The notes below the pieces were generated by a model. That model did no database searches. It saw only the letters and a list, made by a program, of their open reading frames with translations, and was not told where the DNA came from. Below, in pieces: positions 11,904-22,600 of a stretch of DNA of 64,000 nt; positions within the stretch are counted from its first letter, which is position 1, and the number at the start of each line of letters is the position of its first letter. The DNA is from Perkinsus olseni (taxonomy: Eukaryota): the NCBI GenBank assembly GCA_013115125.1, contig JABANN010000011.1, positions 62,001-126,000 on the forward strand, given 5' to 3'. The translations under genes were made by a program, and so were the position numbers.

Positions 11904-13316
11904 TTAAAGGCCCAGAGCACCAGCAGCCACAGCAGCAGCTGCTTGCCGGGCCGCGGCCTCTTCTAGGAATCTGTGGTAAGAGGCCGCCTGGTCAATGAGC
12001 GAGGGAGGGTCGCAACGCCGTCTGAACACGGCCGTGTAGCAGGGCTTGCCAGCTCGCTTGACCTGAAAAAGACTTCCCCAGTTGGGCGATGGTGGCGGAT
12101 GGCCAAAGTACGTACCTTCTTTCCCTCTTCTGTGTCATTCTCGATGCACTTGATGCAGGGGTCTCCTGCCTGAACGGAAGAGGACGTGATGAACAAGAGA
12201 ATGAGCTTCGAAAAAGGTTTACCCCATCTTATCGGTGCCAGCCGCGCTACAGGCGAGGCAATCACGGGAACGAATCTCAACTGTCATCAGAACCCGCCAA
12301 ACGCGAAGAAATTCGAGCTGCTTCACTGTTGTTCTTCAAGTTCAGCGACAGTGTTACAACCAGTCCTACCAGTTCAGCATCGGTGACTCGCTCGAAGAGC
12401 TCATGTTGACGTTCGCCACAGTCCCTCATCCAAATGTGGAGGTCCTCTACGTCAGTGACCGTGTACAGCAATCCACCTGAATGTAGCAGATGAGAGCAAC
12501 AGTACGACCATCTCAGCGAGACACTCTCCCGACATTCTCCCAGCAAGTCCCAGAGCGCCACTACCCCCTTACCTGGCTTCAGCACGTAAGCGTAGAGACT
12601 CATAAGAGGGTCGTTGATGATCCTTCGTCGCCAATTGTGCTTCTTGAAGTGAGGGTCAGGGAAGCAGAAGAACATCTTGTCACAAGAGCCCTTGGGGAAG
12701 TAGTTGGCCAGGAACTTCATCGCGTTCGTTCGTATGACGGCGATGTTGTCACCCTTGTATGGCCCTTCAGACAATCTCATACTCCGGATACGCTCGCCCA
12801 CGTAGTTGGTGACCTGCTCCCGTATCTCCATGCCCATAATGAGGTTGTTGGGGAAGAGCGGCCCGAGGGAGACCAGAAGCCCCCCAAAGCCGCAGCCGAT
12901 GTCGAGGATGAAATTGTTCCGGTTGGGGTGGTCGTAGATCATCGAGGAGTCGTACTGTATTGGATGATCTTTCGTATTGCAGAAGATAGTTTGCTCGCAT
13001 TCTTCCTGACTTCTGTTCGTGTGGAAGTACTTGGGGAAATGCATGGACCAGTCCACATGACGAGGTGACACAGGGTAAACCATGAGTGGGTCACTCAGAG
13101 GGTTACAGTGAGCCTGAAGGAAGACATATAGCATGAAGACACTCGCCATCACGGTTTCCGTACTCGCTGCCTGAAGTCGGCTTTCTTCGGCTTGAACCGC
13201 TTCAGTGGAGGCTCTCCATCCGCAGCCCGATTAGCCGGGCTGAGAGTCGAGGGAGAGACCTCAGGAGAGGAAGGGATAGCCGGCTGACTTTCTTGCGCGG
13301 TAGAAGCGGGTAGCAT
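11904..13316 (-). CDS. TRM8: tRNA (guanine-N7)-methyltransferase
   Basis: FRQR|AHCNPLSD, LDIGCGFGGLL, MGMEIR, RTNAMKFL, FFCFPDPHFKK, YTVTDVEDLHIWM and TEEGKK|VKR are all TRM8/METTL1 hallmarks. Confidence 0.95.
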
Positions 13317-13466
13317 TATACAGAGGAGATTATACGTAAGGGCCCACCAAGGCGCGGGTCACAAGCAGATCCTGAAGAACCCTTTCGATGTACCCCAGAA
13401 CACAAACTATCGGACGGTGAATTTCGAAACCCTTGCATCGATTGCAACATGGTACAGTTCTTCGAG

Positions 13467-15055
13467 TTACCCAGCAAGGGCCTGCTCGAGCTCGACGTCC
13501 GTGTCCTCAAACACAATATCAGCCTCCACCGCTTCTGACCGCTTGTCGTCCTCTTCTCCCTTCGCCACGTCTTCGGGCTCGCTCTCTCCACTCGAGGACG
13601 ACACGAGTAGCTCAGGCGGCTTAACATGACAGAGTAGTTGAAACGGGCCGAGGCCCGGGCGCGTACCACTGTGACCTCCGTCGGCTTCGGGGGCGAGGGA
13701 CACTCTCTTGCATGAACGCGACGCACTGCCGTTATCGGCGTCGCAGGCAGTACGTCCACTAGGAAATCAAAGCAAGGCGACCTGCCTAAGATGCAGCCAC
13801 TCCGCGATGTGCGACAGAGGGGAAGAGCAGAAGCACCTAGAGCTTCGGTGAGGTCATAGGCCATGAGCCGGCGACGAGACCGGGCCACTGAGGGATCCAC
13901 ATACGCCATCTCGGAGGCCATATACCTTAAATGTAATGTATACCCCAAAGCGTGACCTAGTGCATCCGACGCCAAACTGCCAACGGGATACTGTATCGTA
14001 ACGCAGAAGAACCCCTAAAGTGCTTACGCGCGAGCGCTGACGTCCATTGCGAAGAGCTCGGCGGCCTTAGCCAATACTGGGCACACTTGAGTCGATATAC
14101 ACCCCACCTACGGAGAGGCACTCACGTTTATCTCCTTGTGATGGTCAATACCTCAAGCCAGTGCTCAGCCTCGCAGCCCGTGCTCATGTCCTGCAGAGCC
14201 CGCAGAACACTCCCTACGGGGAACTGCGTATTGGGCGCCACTTTGGTGGAGCTGGTAACACCGATGCCGGCAAGTTCATCCACCACGCCGCTCTCCATGA
14301 GACCGATCTCGTGTTTCATAATCTGACGGGGCAACGAGGGGGCAAGTGCGTGAGTCCGCATCACCGTTGTCGTCATGATACAGCGGCTGTAGGACCCACG
14401 ACACTACCTCCCAGACGGTGAGGTCCGGCCCCTTGGTAAAACTATCTGGGACAACTTTCAAGCCTCGCCTGACTTGCCTCCGCCGGATTTTTGCCGTCCG
14501 CTTCTCTTCGACGTTCTACCGCCATGAAACACTCACATCGATCGTTCTCTCTCCCGCAAATTACAGAGTTGGAAGGCCAGACTCACTACTCTCCTACTAC
14601 CTTCAGCGGCATCCTCTTCATCCCCTTCCGCACGGCTCGCCGAGTGGTCGGGACTAGCTCGCCCCCTCCTTGGGTCGACATTGTTGAATAAGCTGCGCCC
14701 CGAGGTTCATCCATCGCCAGGCCGAACACGATCCGAACAGAGGTAGAAAACGTAAAAAATATGACCGGTAAAATGGCGCCAGGGAAGTACGCTCCAACTC
14801 ATTCCACTCTGTCCACCGCTGCTGGACGACTGCGACAGAACGATGTCAGTTTCGCGAAGAGGACCACAACAAACGCGGCTATCAAGAGAACTCCAATCGC
14901 CTTTCCCTGAGGGCAAAATGGATGTAGTCTGCAGTGCCGGGGGAACGTTGTCGCTGCACCGCGAAATTTAAGGTCCTCACCATGTTCCTAGTGACCGGCA
15001 CATTTCTGCTCTTCCATACCGGAAGGAATTCTACACGTGCCTCAGGAGTCTTCAT
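13467..15055 (-). CDS. Hypothetical multi-exon protein with acidic C-terminus
   Basis: Open exons MKTPEARVEF..., KVVPDSFTKGPDLTVWEVVSW..., QIMKHEIGLMESG... and ESEPEDVAKGEEDD..., separated by GT-AG introns. Confidence 0.45.
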
Positions 15056-15128
15056 CAGAACTCCCTCATCGATCGACTTAGTGGGTGGGCGAGGCACGAG
15101 CTCCTCACTCTGAAGGGGCGGCACCGCT

Positions 15129-16250
15129 TCAAAGGCTACCCTTCGACGTAGGCCATACATCATCATATTCCTCAATAATTTCAACCTTACGAATCTTAGT
15201 CAACCTTGGGAACTGCTTCTGCAAGTACTTTTCTCCTTCGCTTTGTATTTTACCTGTATGATATCGCCCCGGGCAAAATTGCCGTCCCTAGTGGACAACC
15301 ATCCGACTTTCTTCACCACGACAAGTTCACTCAACTTAAGCGTCCGTTTCGAGCTGAACGCACTACAGTGATTACCGGCTAAGATCCAGCTTGGACCGAG
15401 CGAGTTCCCACTTCCCGAAACCAGTAGCTCCCCAAAGATACTACCTTGATCCGGTTCTTCGCCGTACTTAGCATTAATACTCTCAACAGCTACCATTCCT
15501 TCAAGCACTCTCGCGATCGGCGCGAACCCCGATGTGTCCAGAAACACATTGTCAGCGAGCTGAGACCGAGAAGAGCCGTGGTCTCGAATTCCCGTATTGC
15601 CAGCGAATGCCGTCAAGTACGGAGAGGTGCCGGCACGCAGCCAGGGCGAGGATTTTCGTATTACGTTTATAAACATCTGGGTTGTACGGGTGTTCGGACC
15701 CGCCGACGCAAAGGAGATCGTCCCCTTCTTGTTAGACTCTACGACAGGGTCGTCATCGATGGGAGGGAACTTCTCTCTCCTCGATGGGTCAGCTGGCAAC
15801 CCCCACTGGGCGACACTGAAACGAGGCGTAATTAAGGCTAGTTGGCGCAAGTCGAAAGGGAGAGAATGCCTCATCTAGCCGTCGCTCAAACGGAGAGCAG
15901 TCCTTCAAGAGCTCCCAACCCACTCACAAGCCTGTCAAAACCCTGAAGAAACGAGCCTCATCAAAGTATCCATCTTCGAGAATCTCCTTCAACCGTGCGT
16001 AACTGACAGAGCAAAACGAGAACATAAACATCGCAACTTACTGAGCCGATTAGTACGACCATGCCTCACTGGCCCTCCAACAGCATTACCCCTTGGGAGC
16101 CCAAGACTCGTAGGCTTCGATAAGCACTTCATCCTGGCCACCGTCCGCTTCATTCGAGAGATAAAACTTCGCTTGCAGTCGCCGAGTGTTTTGAGCACTC
16201 ACAACGAGCCAGCAGCACCACAGCAAGAACGCGGTTGAAGGCCACCGCAT
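15129..16250 (-). CDS. Cyclophilin-type peptidyl-prolyl isomerase with signal peptide (paralogue A)
   Basis: MRWPSTAFLLWCCWLVVSA signal; WAPKG; FFRV; VAQWGLPADP; ISFASAGPNTRTTQMFIN|LADN; FLDTSGFAP. Last exon GKIQSEGEKYLQKQFPRLTKIRKVEIIEEYDDVWPTSKGSL*. Confidence 0.9.
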
Positions 16251-16512
16251 GGAATTTCACTGCTACACACATCCGACCAACTTCAACTCAACTGCCAGTA
16301 AACCACGCAGAAAAATCAATACGAATGGCAGCCAGACTCTTCAGTAGAGCCGTGATGCATAAGTAACGAGTAACCTTTACCAGAAGGACTGGAAGCACAG
16401 GGAGACGGTGAAGGGGAATAATTCCACCTGGCCGCTCCAACTATCGGCATCTCCAATCCTTGAGCGCCAACTCAAAGCTCATTCTGAGAAACAGACGATA
16501 TAAATGAGACCC

Positions 16513-17351
16513 TTAGTGCAAGCCGGAGTATATCACCTTTTCGCCCTCGACTTCCTCGAGAATTTCGGTCCCCACAATTCTGGTCAACCTTGGGAACTCC
16601 TTAGCGAGATACTGCTCCCCTTCGGCCCGGACCAGTCCTGTGAGAGACATCAAGTCCAAGGTCATTAGACCAGCATGAGAGAGATCTACCTTGATTCGGA
16701 TGCTCGCCGTACTCAGCATTGATGCGCTCCACTACGTCCATGCCTTCCACCACTTTCGCCACAGGGGCAAAACCCATGCCGTCCAAAAAATGATTATCCT
16801 TGAGCTGAAGGAAGAGCCGAATGAAATGAGAAGAGATCAAGCCAGAATATATCTAGTACATTCACGAACAACTGTGTGGTTCGGGAGTTCTTCATGGCAG
16901 TTGCGGCGAATGTGATGATACCCTTGTCATTGTGTCCAACCACCTTGTCATCCGGGATGGCTTGATACTTGTCGGCCTCCTTGGGATCGGCCGGCAAGCC
17001 CCACTGTGCGACGCTGAAAGTAATGCACGCATTAGTCCACAACAGACTAGACCACGCAGATAAACACTTACAAGTTCTCAACAACCCTGAAGACACGAGC
17101 TCCGTCGAAATAGTGATCACCAATCAAGTCCTTGAAGCGCTTGTATCTGAGCAGGAGGCGTGACTTTGGGTCGAACGACAAGCGAGGTGCTACCCGTTGG
17201 GAGCCCAATCTTCGTGGGCTTCAACTACGAACTCCTCCGGCTCGGAGGACCCGGGATTCTCTACGGATATCCGAGCTTGAAGGAGCTTGCCTGCCTGAGC
17301 TTGTAGTGTGCACAGAGTCAAGAGTAGTGCTAAGGTACGAGTGAAAAACAT
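16513..17351 (-). CDS. Cyclophilin-type peptidyl-prolyl isomerase with signal peptide (paralogue B)
   Basis: MFFTRTLALLLTLCTLQAQA signal; HEDWAPNG|YKRF; VFRVVENF|VAQWGLPADP; TFAATAMKNSRTTQLFVN|LKDNHFLD. Same intron positions as paralogue A. Confidence 0.9.
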
Positions 17352-17600
17352 GTGAACAGAAAACACGCGGGGGTAAACACTGAGCAGTCAAAGTAAGTGG
17401 ACGAAGACGAATACACTGTTCATTACCACCGTTTTCCTGATCACAACCTAAAGTCATCAGAGCGCAACTCGTTGGCACGTTAAGGAACAGCGAGATTGCA
17501 AGAAGATTCGGAAAAAGCGCTGCGCCCAGCCGTTTCATTTTCTGGTCCGTCGATCGGTTAGAATCGTATCTACGTTTGTTTACAACGGCTCTGGCGTCTC

Positions 17601-17852
17601 ATGTTCAAGTTCAACGAGCTGAGGATGTTGGAAGAGATGCACGAGGAGAGGGAGGAGAGGCGTCGGATGAGAGAAAGTTTCTCTCGCGAGGAGCTGCTCG
17701 AGAAGTTTCCTCGCGAGGAGTGGGACGACGCTTACGTCCCCGACGAATCGTGGGAAGAGCGCTGGGAGAGGCGCCAAAAGGAGAAGAAAGAAGCTCCCAA
17801 AGGGTTATTGGTAGTAATGCTTCTCATAGCTGTGCTTGTTTGCTCGTTGTAG
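17601..17852 (+). CDS. Small Glu/Arg-rich protein with C-terminal hydrophobic anchor (paralogue 2)
   Basis: 83 aa, intronless; WDDAYVPDESWEERWERR then GLLVVMLLIAVLVCSL*. Homologous to 9926-10231. Confidence 0.7.
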   Translation: MFKFNELRMLEEMHEEREERRRMRESFSREELLEKFPREEWDDAYVPDESWEERWERRQKEKKEAPKGLLVVMLLIAVLVCSL

Positions 17853-18866
17853 GGCCTCTCTGCCACATCGTGCTTGCCAAGCCCTGAGCTGACTGCCGCC
17901 GACTTAATTACTAGAGCATGGAAATTTGCATGGGGAATTCCGCATCACCGCTCGATTGATAATCTTTGTTTTGTTGTGTTTGAAGTGTGACGGCCTTTCA
18001 ATTAGTGAGTGACCCCCACTGTGGGAGTCCCACTACGAGTGGGCCACTGGGAGGTTACACACTCCATCTCGCTAGGTATAATTTCGGCGTTACTGTCAGT
18101 AAGTTGCTGGTAGTGACGCTACCTGGTAGCCTTTATATTTTCCCGCTTCTCTGTTCGCTCTTACTAGCAACACGAGTTGTGTTACAGGACGTGATGCCGG
18201 TTCTATTTAATGATTATTGATCTTTCTCGAGAGTGGTTACCCGATAACCATACACAGTGGCTTACACCATCTGTTTTCCATTATTTCTTCTCTTGCTCCT
18301 CGGGTATGATCGTTTCCTGACGATGGGTGTAACGTGTGATTATCTCGTAGGTTTGTTTGATTTCTATGAGCAATTCTCAGGAAGCCGTCGAAGGGAAGAT
18401 AGATAAATCTGGCCCCTCGGATAACTACGAACTCTATGCTGTGGTAATGTGCTCTTTCGCAGTGGATCTATCGCCGTGCCGTCCCATGTCCGCCAGCGTG
18501 TATGCAGTGTTCCGTATTGGTCGTATTGGATACTGAATATACGCTCTATAAGTTACAGTTCGAACGAGTGCCAGTCTGCGTATCGCAGTTTTTACACAGC
18601 AAGACATTAGCACTTTGAGGAACTTTAGTTGTACTGGTCAAGGAATTCTTACGAATTCGCTCTTGTTAGCGTGCAGTGGTATTAGCGCTATTATTACACT
18701 GCAGTGGTTAAAAGACCCCGCGTTCGAAAGAAACTGCCCGAAATCACTAGTGAGTCGAGTCCATACCATCCGAGTGCTCCGTAATTTTTTGCGATGTGTC
18801 ATAGATCAGGCGGTAGAGTGGCTCGTATCGCAGCGAAGGTTGATTAGGACTTATCGAGAACTGTAG

Positions 18867-19330
18867 AGTGCCTGCTGAGACTCGAAATCGTTACACTGAT
18901 AAGACGCTGGTTTGACCGTGAATCATTCACGCCTTGCTTCCCTGCTGGTTGTAGCCTGTGCCTTGCCTTGCTCAGAACTTCGCTTCAAAAGGCACCATGG
19001 GCCTCTTCTCGGGGTTTATTCCAGCAATGGTCCTGTTCAAGAGCCGTCGTCTAAGGCTTGCCGCTACGGCTGTGGGCGCAGGGATCGGCCTTGGATATGC
19101 ATGGTGCCAAAATGATTTGTATTCAACGCATCGTAATATCGCGGGTTGGGAAGTTTTGGATCGTACCCAGGCTCGTTGACACTTCTTGGGTGAGGGGAAT
19201 ATAGCTGCCTCGAGTGCTGATAGTCTTACTCTGAGAATCATAGGAACTGCTGCTAAGAATCACTTGTTGAGCTCCACCTGTCGGGTAACTTGTTCTTGTC
19301 TTCAGCCGACTCGGTCGTCTTGCCGGGCAC
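18867..19330 (+). CDS. MIC10: MICOS subunit Mic10-like (DUF543); spliced, ends approximate
   Basis: NFASKGTMGLFSGFIPAMVLFKSRRLRLAATAVGAGIGLGYAW: two TM segments, a basic loop and a GxGxGxG motif. Confidence 0.7.
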
Positions 19331-19640
19331 TTTCGAGGAGTATGTGAATCGTATCAGTAATTTGATCAACTCTAAGCTGCCGGAGCAACTCAAGGTTAAG
19401 TGAAGTTGGCTGGATTGGAGCTCGTCGTTTTGCAGTGATCACTATGATTGTTCTACTGTAGTATGAGTGGCGAGTGTAGTGCACTATTTTTGTTAATGGC
19501 AGCTGCTCCGAGTTCCTATGTCACTTTACGTTAATTGAGGGCGTCCTTCGAAGACTCGCGCTTCGCTGTTACGTTTCAGCCAACGGTCTTGTGGTTTCAC
19601 AGCTGATCATCCCCTGCCTGGGCTCTACGTAGTGATTCTA

Positions 19641-22600
19641 ATGACCCGTACTGTGCACCATAGCCATGGGACTAGCCCCGAAGATTTCAAGACAACCGAC
19701 TCTATCGAGGTCGATGTGAACGGAGGGGGGGCCGACGCGTCTTGTGACCTTCAACCGCTGTTGTTCTGCCTACTGGACTGCCTCCAGGATACGGACGCAG
19801 ACAACCGGGCAGAAGCAGATGTTATGAAAGCAATTCATGCAGCTATAAGGGATATGTGCAGCCAGAGACAAAACGCACTGGATGTGCTTGATGGCTGCTT
19901 CAACTACGTGGACCGCAGTCAATGTCGTGTCACCGGTCCTGCACACAAAAGCAGTGTCTTCGACGTAGTCTCAGAAGTCGTTCTACCCGCTCTAGAAAGT
20001 ACACCCGATGAAATTACCAAGGAGAAGATTGTAGATCTTGTGGGGATTATCATTAATGAGGTTTCCAACAACTCTGAAGAGTCGCTATTACGGTCCTGTG
20101 CCTCGGTCCTCTCGCGATTGGCACGCATTGATCTCGATTGCGTGCTGGTCGAGATCTTCAGCCGAGCTGACACGGTCAGCAGCGCCAAGGCAAACGTCTA
20201 CGTCGAGACGTTGATAGAGATCTGTGACAATTGTGACACGAAGAAAGAGGCTTTCAAGCATCTTCATGCTACTGAGATAATCCGGATAACCGATGAGCTG
20301 GGTGAGTTGCTGGCTCACATGAAGGCTCGATGATCGCGCTTTACGAGTGCTGTAGGACCACAAAATTTTCCCGTGCATAGCCACTTCCGTGCGTCATTCG
20401 TCTGCCTCATTTTGTTTCTACACTCTCTTGCGCGATGCAGTATGGAAGGACGAAGGCGATTCAAGGTTTGCATGTTCAGACTCCTCGACCCGGCACGTTC
20501 CGATCCTCATAGCATGCGTGTGCAAGAAGGTGGTGACATCCTCGGACGCGGACTTCGCCAAGAAGCTCAGCGATTGCCAGTGGCTTCATGTAAGGCATGG
20601 TCCTGCAGTTTGCTGGTGATAGGAGGCGATGCTTTCGTCCAGCTCCTCTGATTGAGCTTCGTCAAAATTGTCTAGGAGGACAATGCCGTGACTCCTCTCA
20701 GGAAGATCCTGTAGCATTCAAGGTGGTCAAGGCGGCCTTCGATAGGCTAATGGGGCGAATCACTCAGGATGTCGAGTCTGGTGCTCTCAACAACGCGCTC
20801 AAGGTCGACACTCGAGAGGCCTCGGCCAAACTAGAAGCGGCCAGCAGGTTGCTGCTGCTTCTCTTGGATCGCTCGCCCACGGCTGTGGTCGGCAGCATAG
20901 CGGTCTTGCAGAAAGCATGTCTCACTTGGTTGAGCTCTTTGCTCAAAATAACACCTCCCAAAGGAATCCTCACCAGTCTCCAGATCGCTCGAGTGCTCTC
21001 CGGGATCCGTGTGCTGGCGGCTAGCGGGAAGGCACTGGCAGACCGAGAAAGCCTTCTCGAGCTGCAGGACCTACTGGTCGCCTTAGTACAGAACAACCGC
21101 CCTCTGGCAGTGCTCTCCGGCGGCTTCACGCCGCCCGGCGTGGATTCCCCAGCGGTCGTGCGGGAGGTGCTCACCACATGGGTAGCTCTCGGCGGAGAGC
21201 AGTGCATGGCGTATCTCCTGGACAAAAGAGGACTGGCTGAGCCGTCACAGCCCCACTCGACCGTTGACCGCTGTGTCGCCCTATTATGCATGCGGGCTTG
21301 TGCAGAATCCGGCCTCTCTACGACACTCTTGAGCCCGACGCTAGATCTCCTCTGTCGCGAGACAACACCGCCTGTATCCAACTACTGCACTACGATGCCC
21401 GTGGAAGCCTTCTGTCTGATCGAGGTGTTGTCGGTGATGGGGGTCAAGATGGCGCCTCTCCCTGGCCTCTACGATTACCTGCTGTCGCTACTGTGCCTTA
21501 CCGATGCTGACTGTGAGAGGGAGGTTGCCCTCACAGCCGGCCAGCGGTTCATGAAGCGTTTCTCTTCTACGGGGTCCACTGCTGTACACGACTGGCCGCG
21601 TCGTGACCGTGACGGAATGGTGGTGAACTGGCGTACAGTTCGAAAAAGAGCTTTCGAAGTTCTCCTGCAGCAAGCGGCGCACAACGACTCCGACGATCAG
21701 CAAGGCCTGCACGCGGCAGCAGTCTTATACGATAGGCTCATGGCCTGCCTGCTGTCGGGCTCATGCGATCGAGAGCATCAGCTTGATAAGGTATGCCTGA
21801 TAATGGTCAGGCTGGTCACCTCGTCCCCACGTCGCGAGCTTGTCACACCTTTGGGAGTCGACAAGGGCTGCCACCTTCTAACCTGGCTACTTGCTTGCCT
21901 AGCAGATGAAGGTGAGACGAGAGATCTCCCATGGATCTTCGGATAACCAAGGATCCACCGTCCAGGTTTATGTGAGTGTGATGACCCCACCAAGAGAGTG
22001 GTGCAAGACATTCCGGCCCGTCGTAACATCGTCGGCGCCCTTCGAGTCCTCGCCGCTTCCATTCATAGTGAACTACAAACGATGTGGGAGTCCCCTTTCT
22101 CGCGCCTCAGCGAGCTTGAGGACGGTAGAGAACCGTGCTAGAACGCCTTCCTTCCCAAAGACACCCTCGTCAGGCTCCCGATCGTCAGGCGACGAACTGC
22201 AGCTCTTCCTCAGCCGCATAGCAGCGGGCTCCGAGATAGGCGATGAGGCTGTATATGCTGAGGTATGCCGGTGCGGCCGCAGTGGACGTCCTCAACCCCG
22301 TCTCATGCTTCCCAGGCCATCTGTGTGTATATAGCCAACTCGCTGCTGCCGCACCTTGCAAGTTTGGCCACAGTCCCACCCCTTGTGGAGCTAGATGAGT
22401 CGACGCCGAGGAGTACTGCTCACCATGATGTTGGCGCTTGCGGCAACGCTGGTACCCACCTGCTTCGGCAAGTTTCGATATTTTCCAATCCTTGCTCAGC
22501 GGTCCATCCTACAGAGGCTGAGGAAGACTGTGGTTTCATACCGTCCTGTCCCAGCGCCGTTGGCAAGGCAGCTGTAGCGAGAGGGTATCGCGACGAACCC

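Noticed and set aside
16371-16390. cctttaccag resembling U5 snRNA loop I
   Set aside because: It is not the invariant GCCTTTTAC, and there is no flanking stem or Sm site.
18666-18730. tRNA-like A box (tagcgtgcagtgg) and B box (gttcgaa)
   Set aside because: No acceptor or T stem can be paired, so chance similarity or an unrecognisable relic.
20764-21381. Long antisense ORFs (also 1344-1808, 12490-13068, 35644-36369)
   Set aside because: These are shadow ORFs opposite GC-rich coding exons, with no independent motifs.
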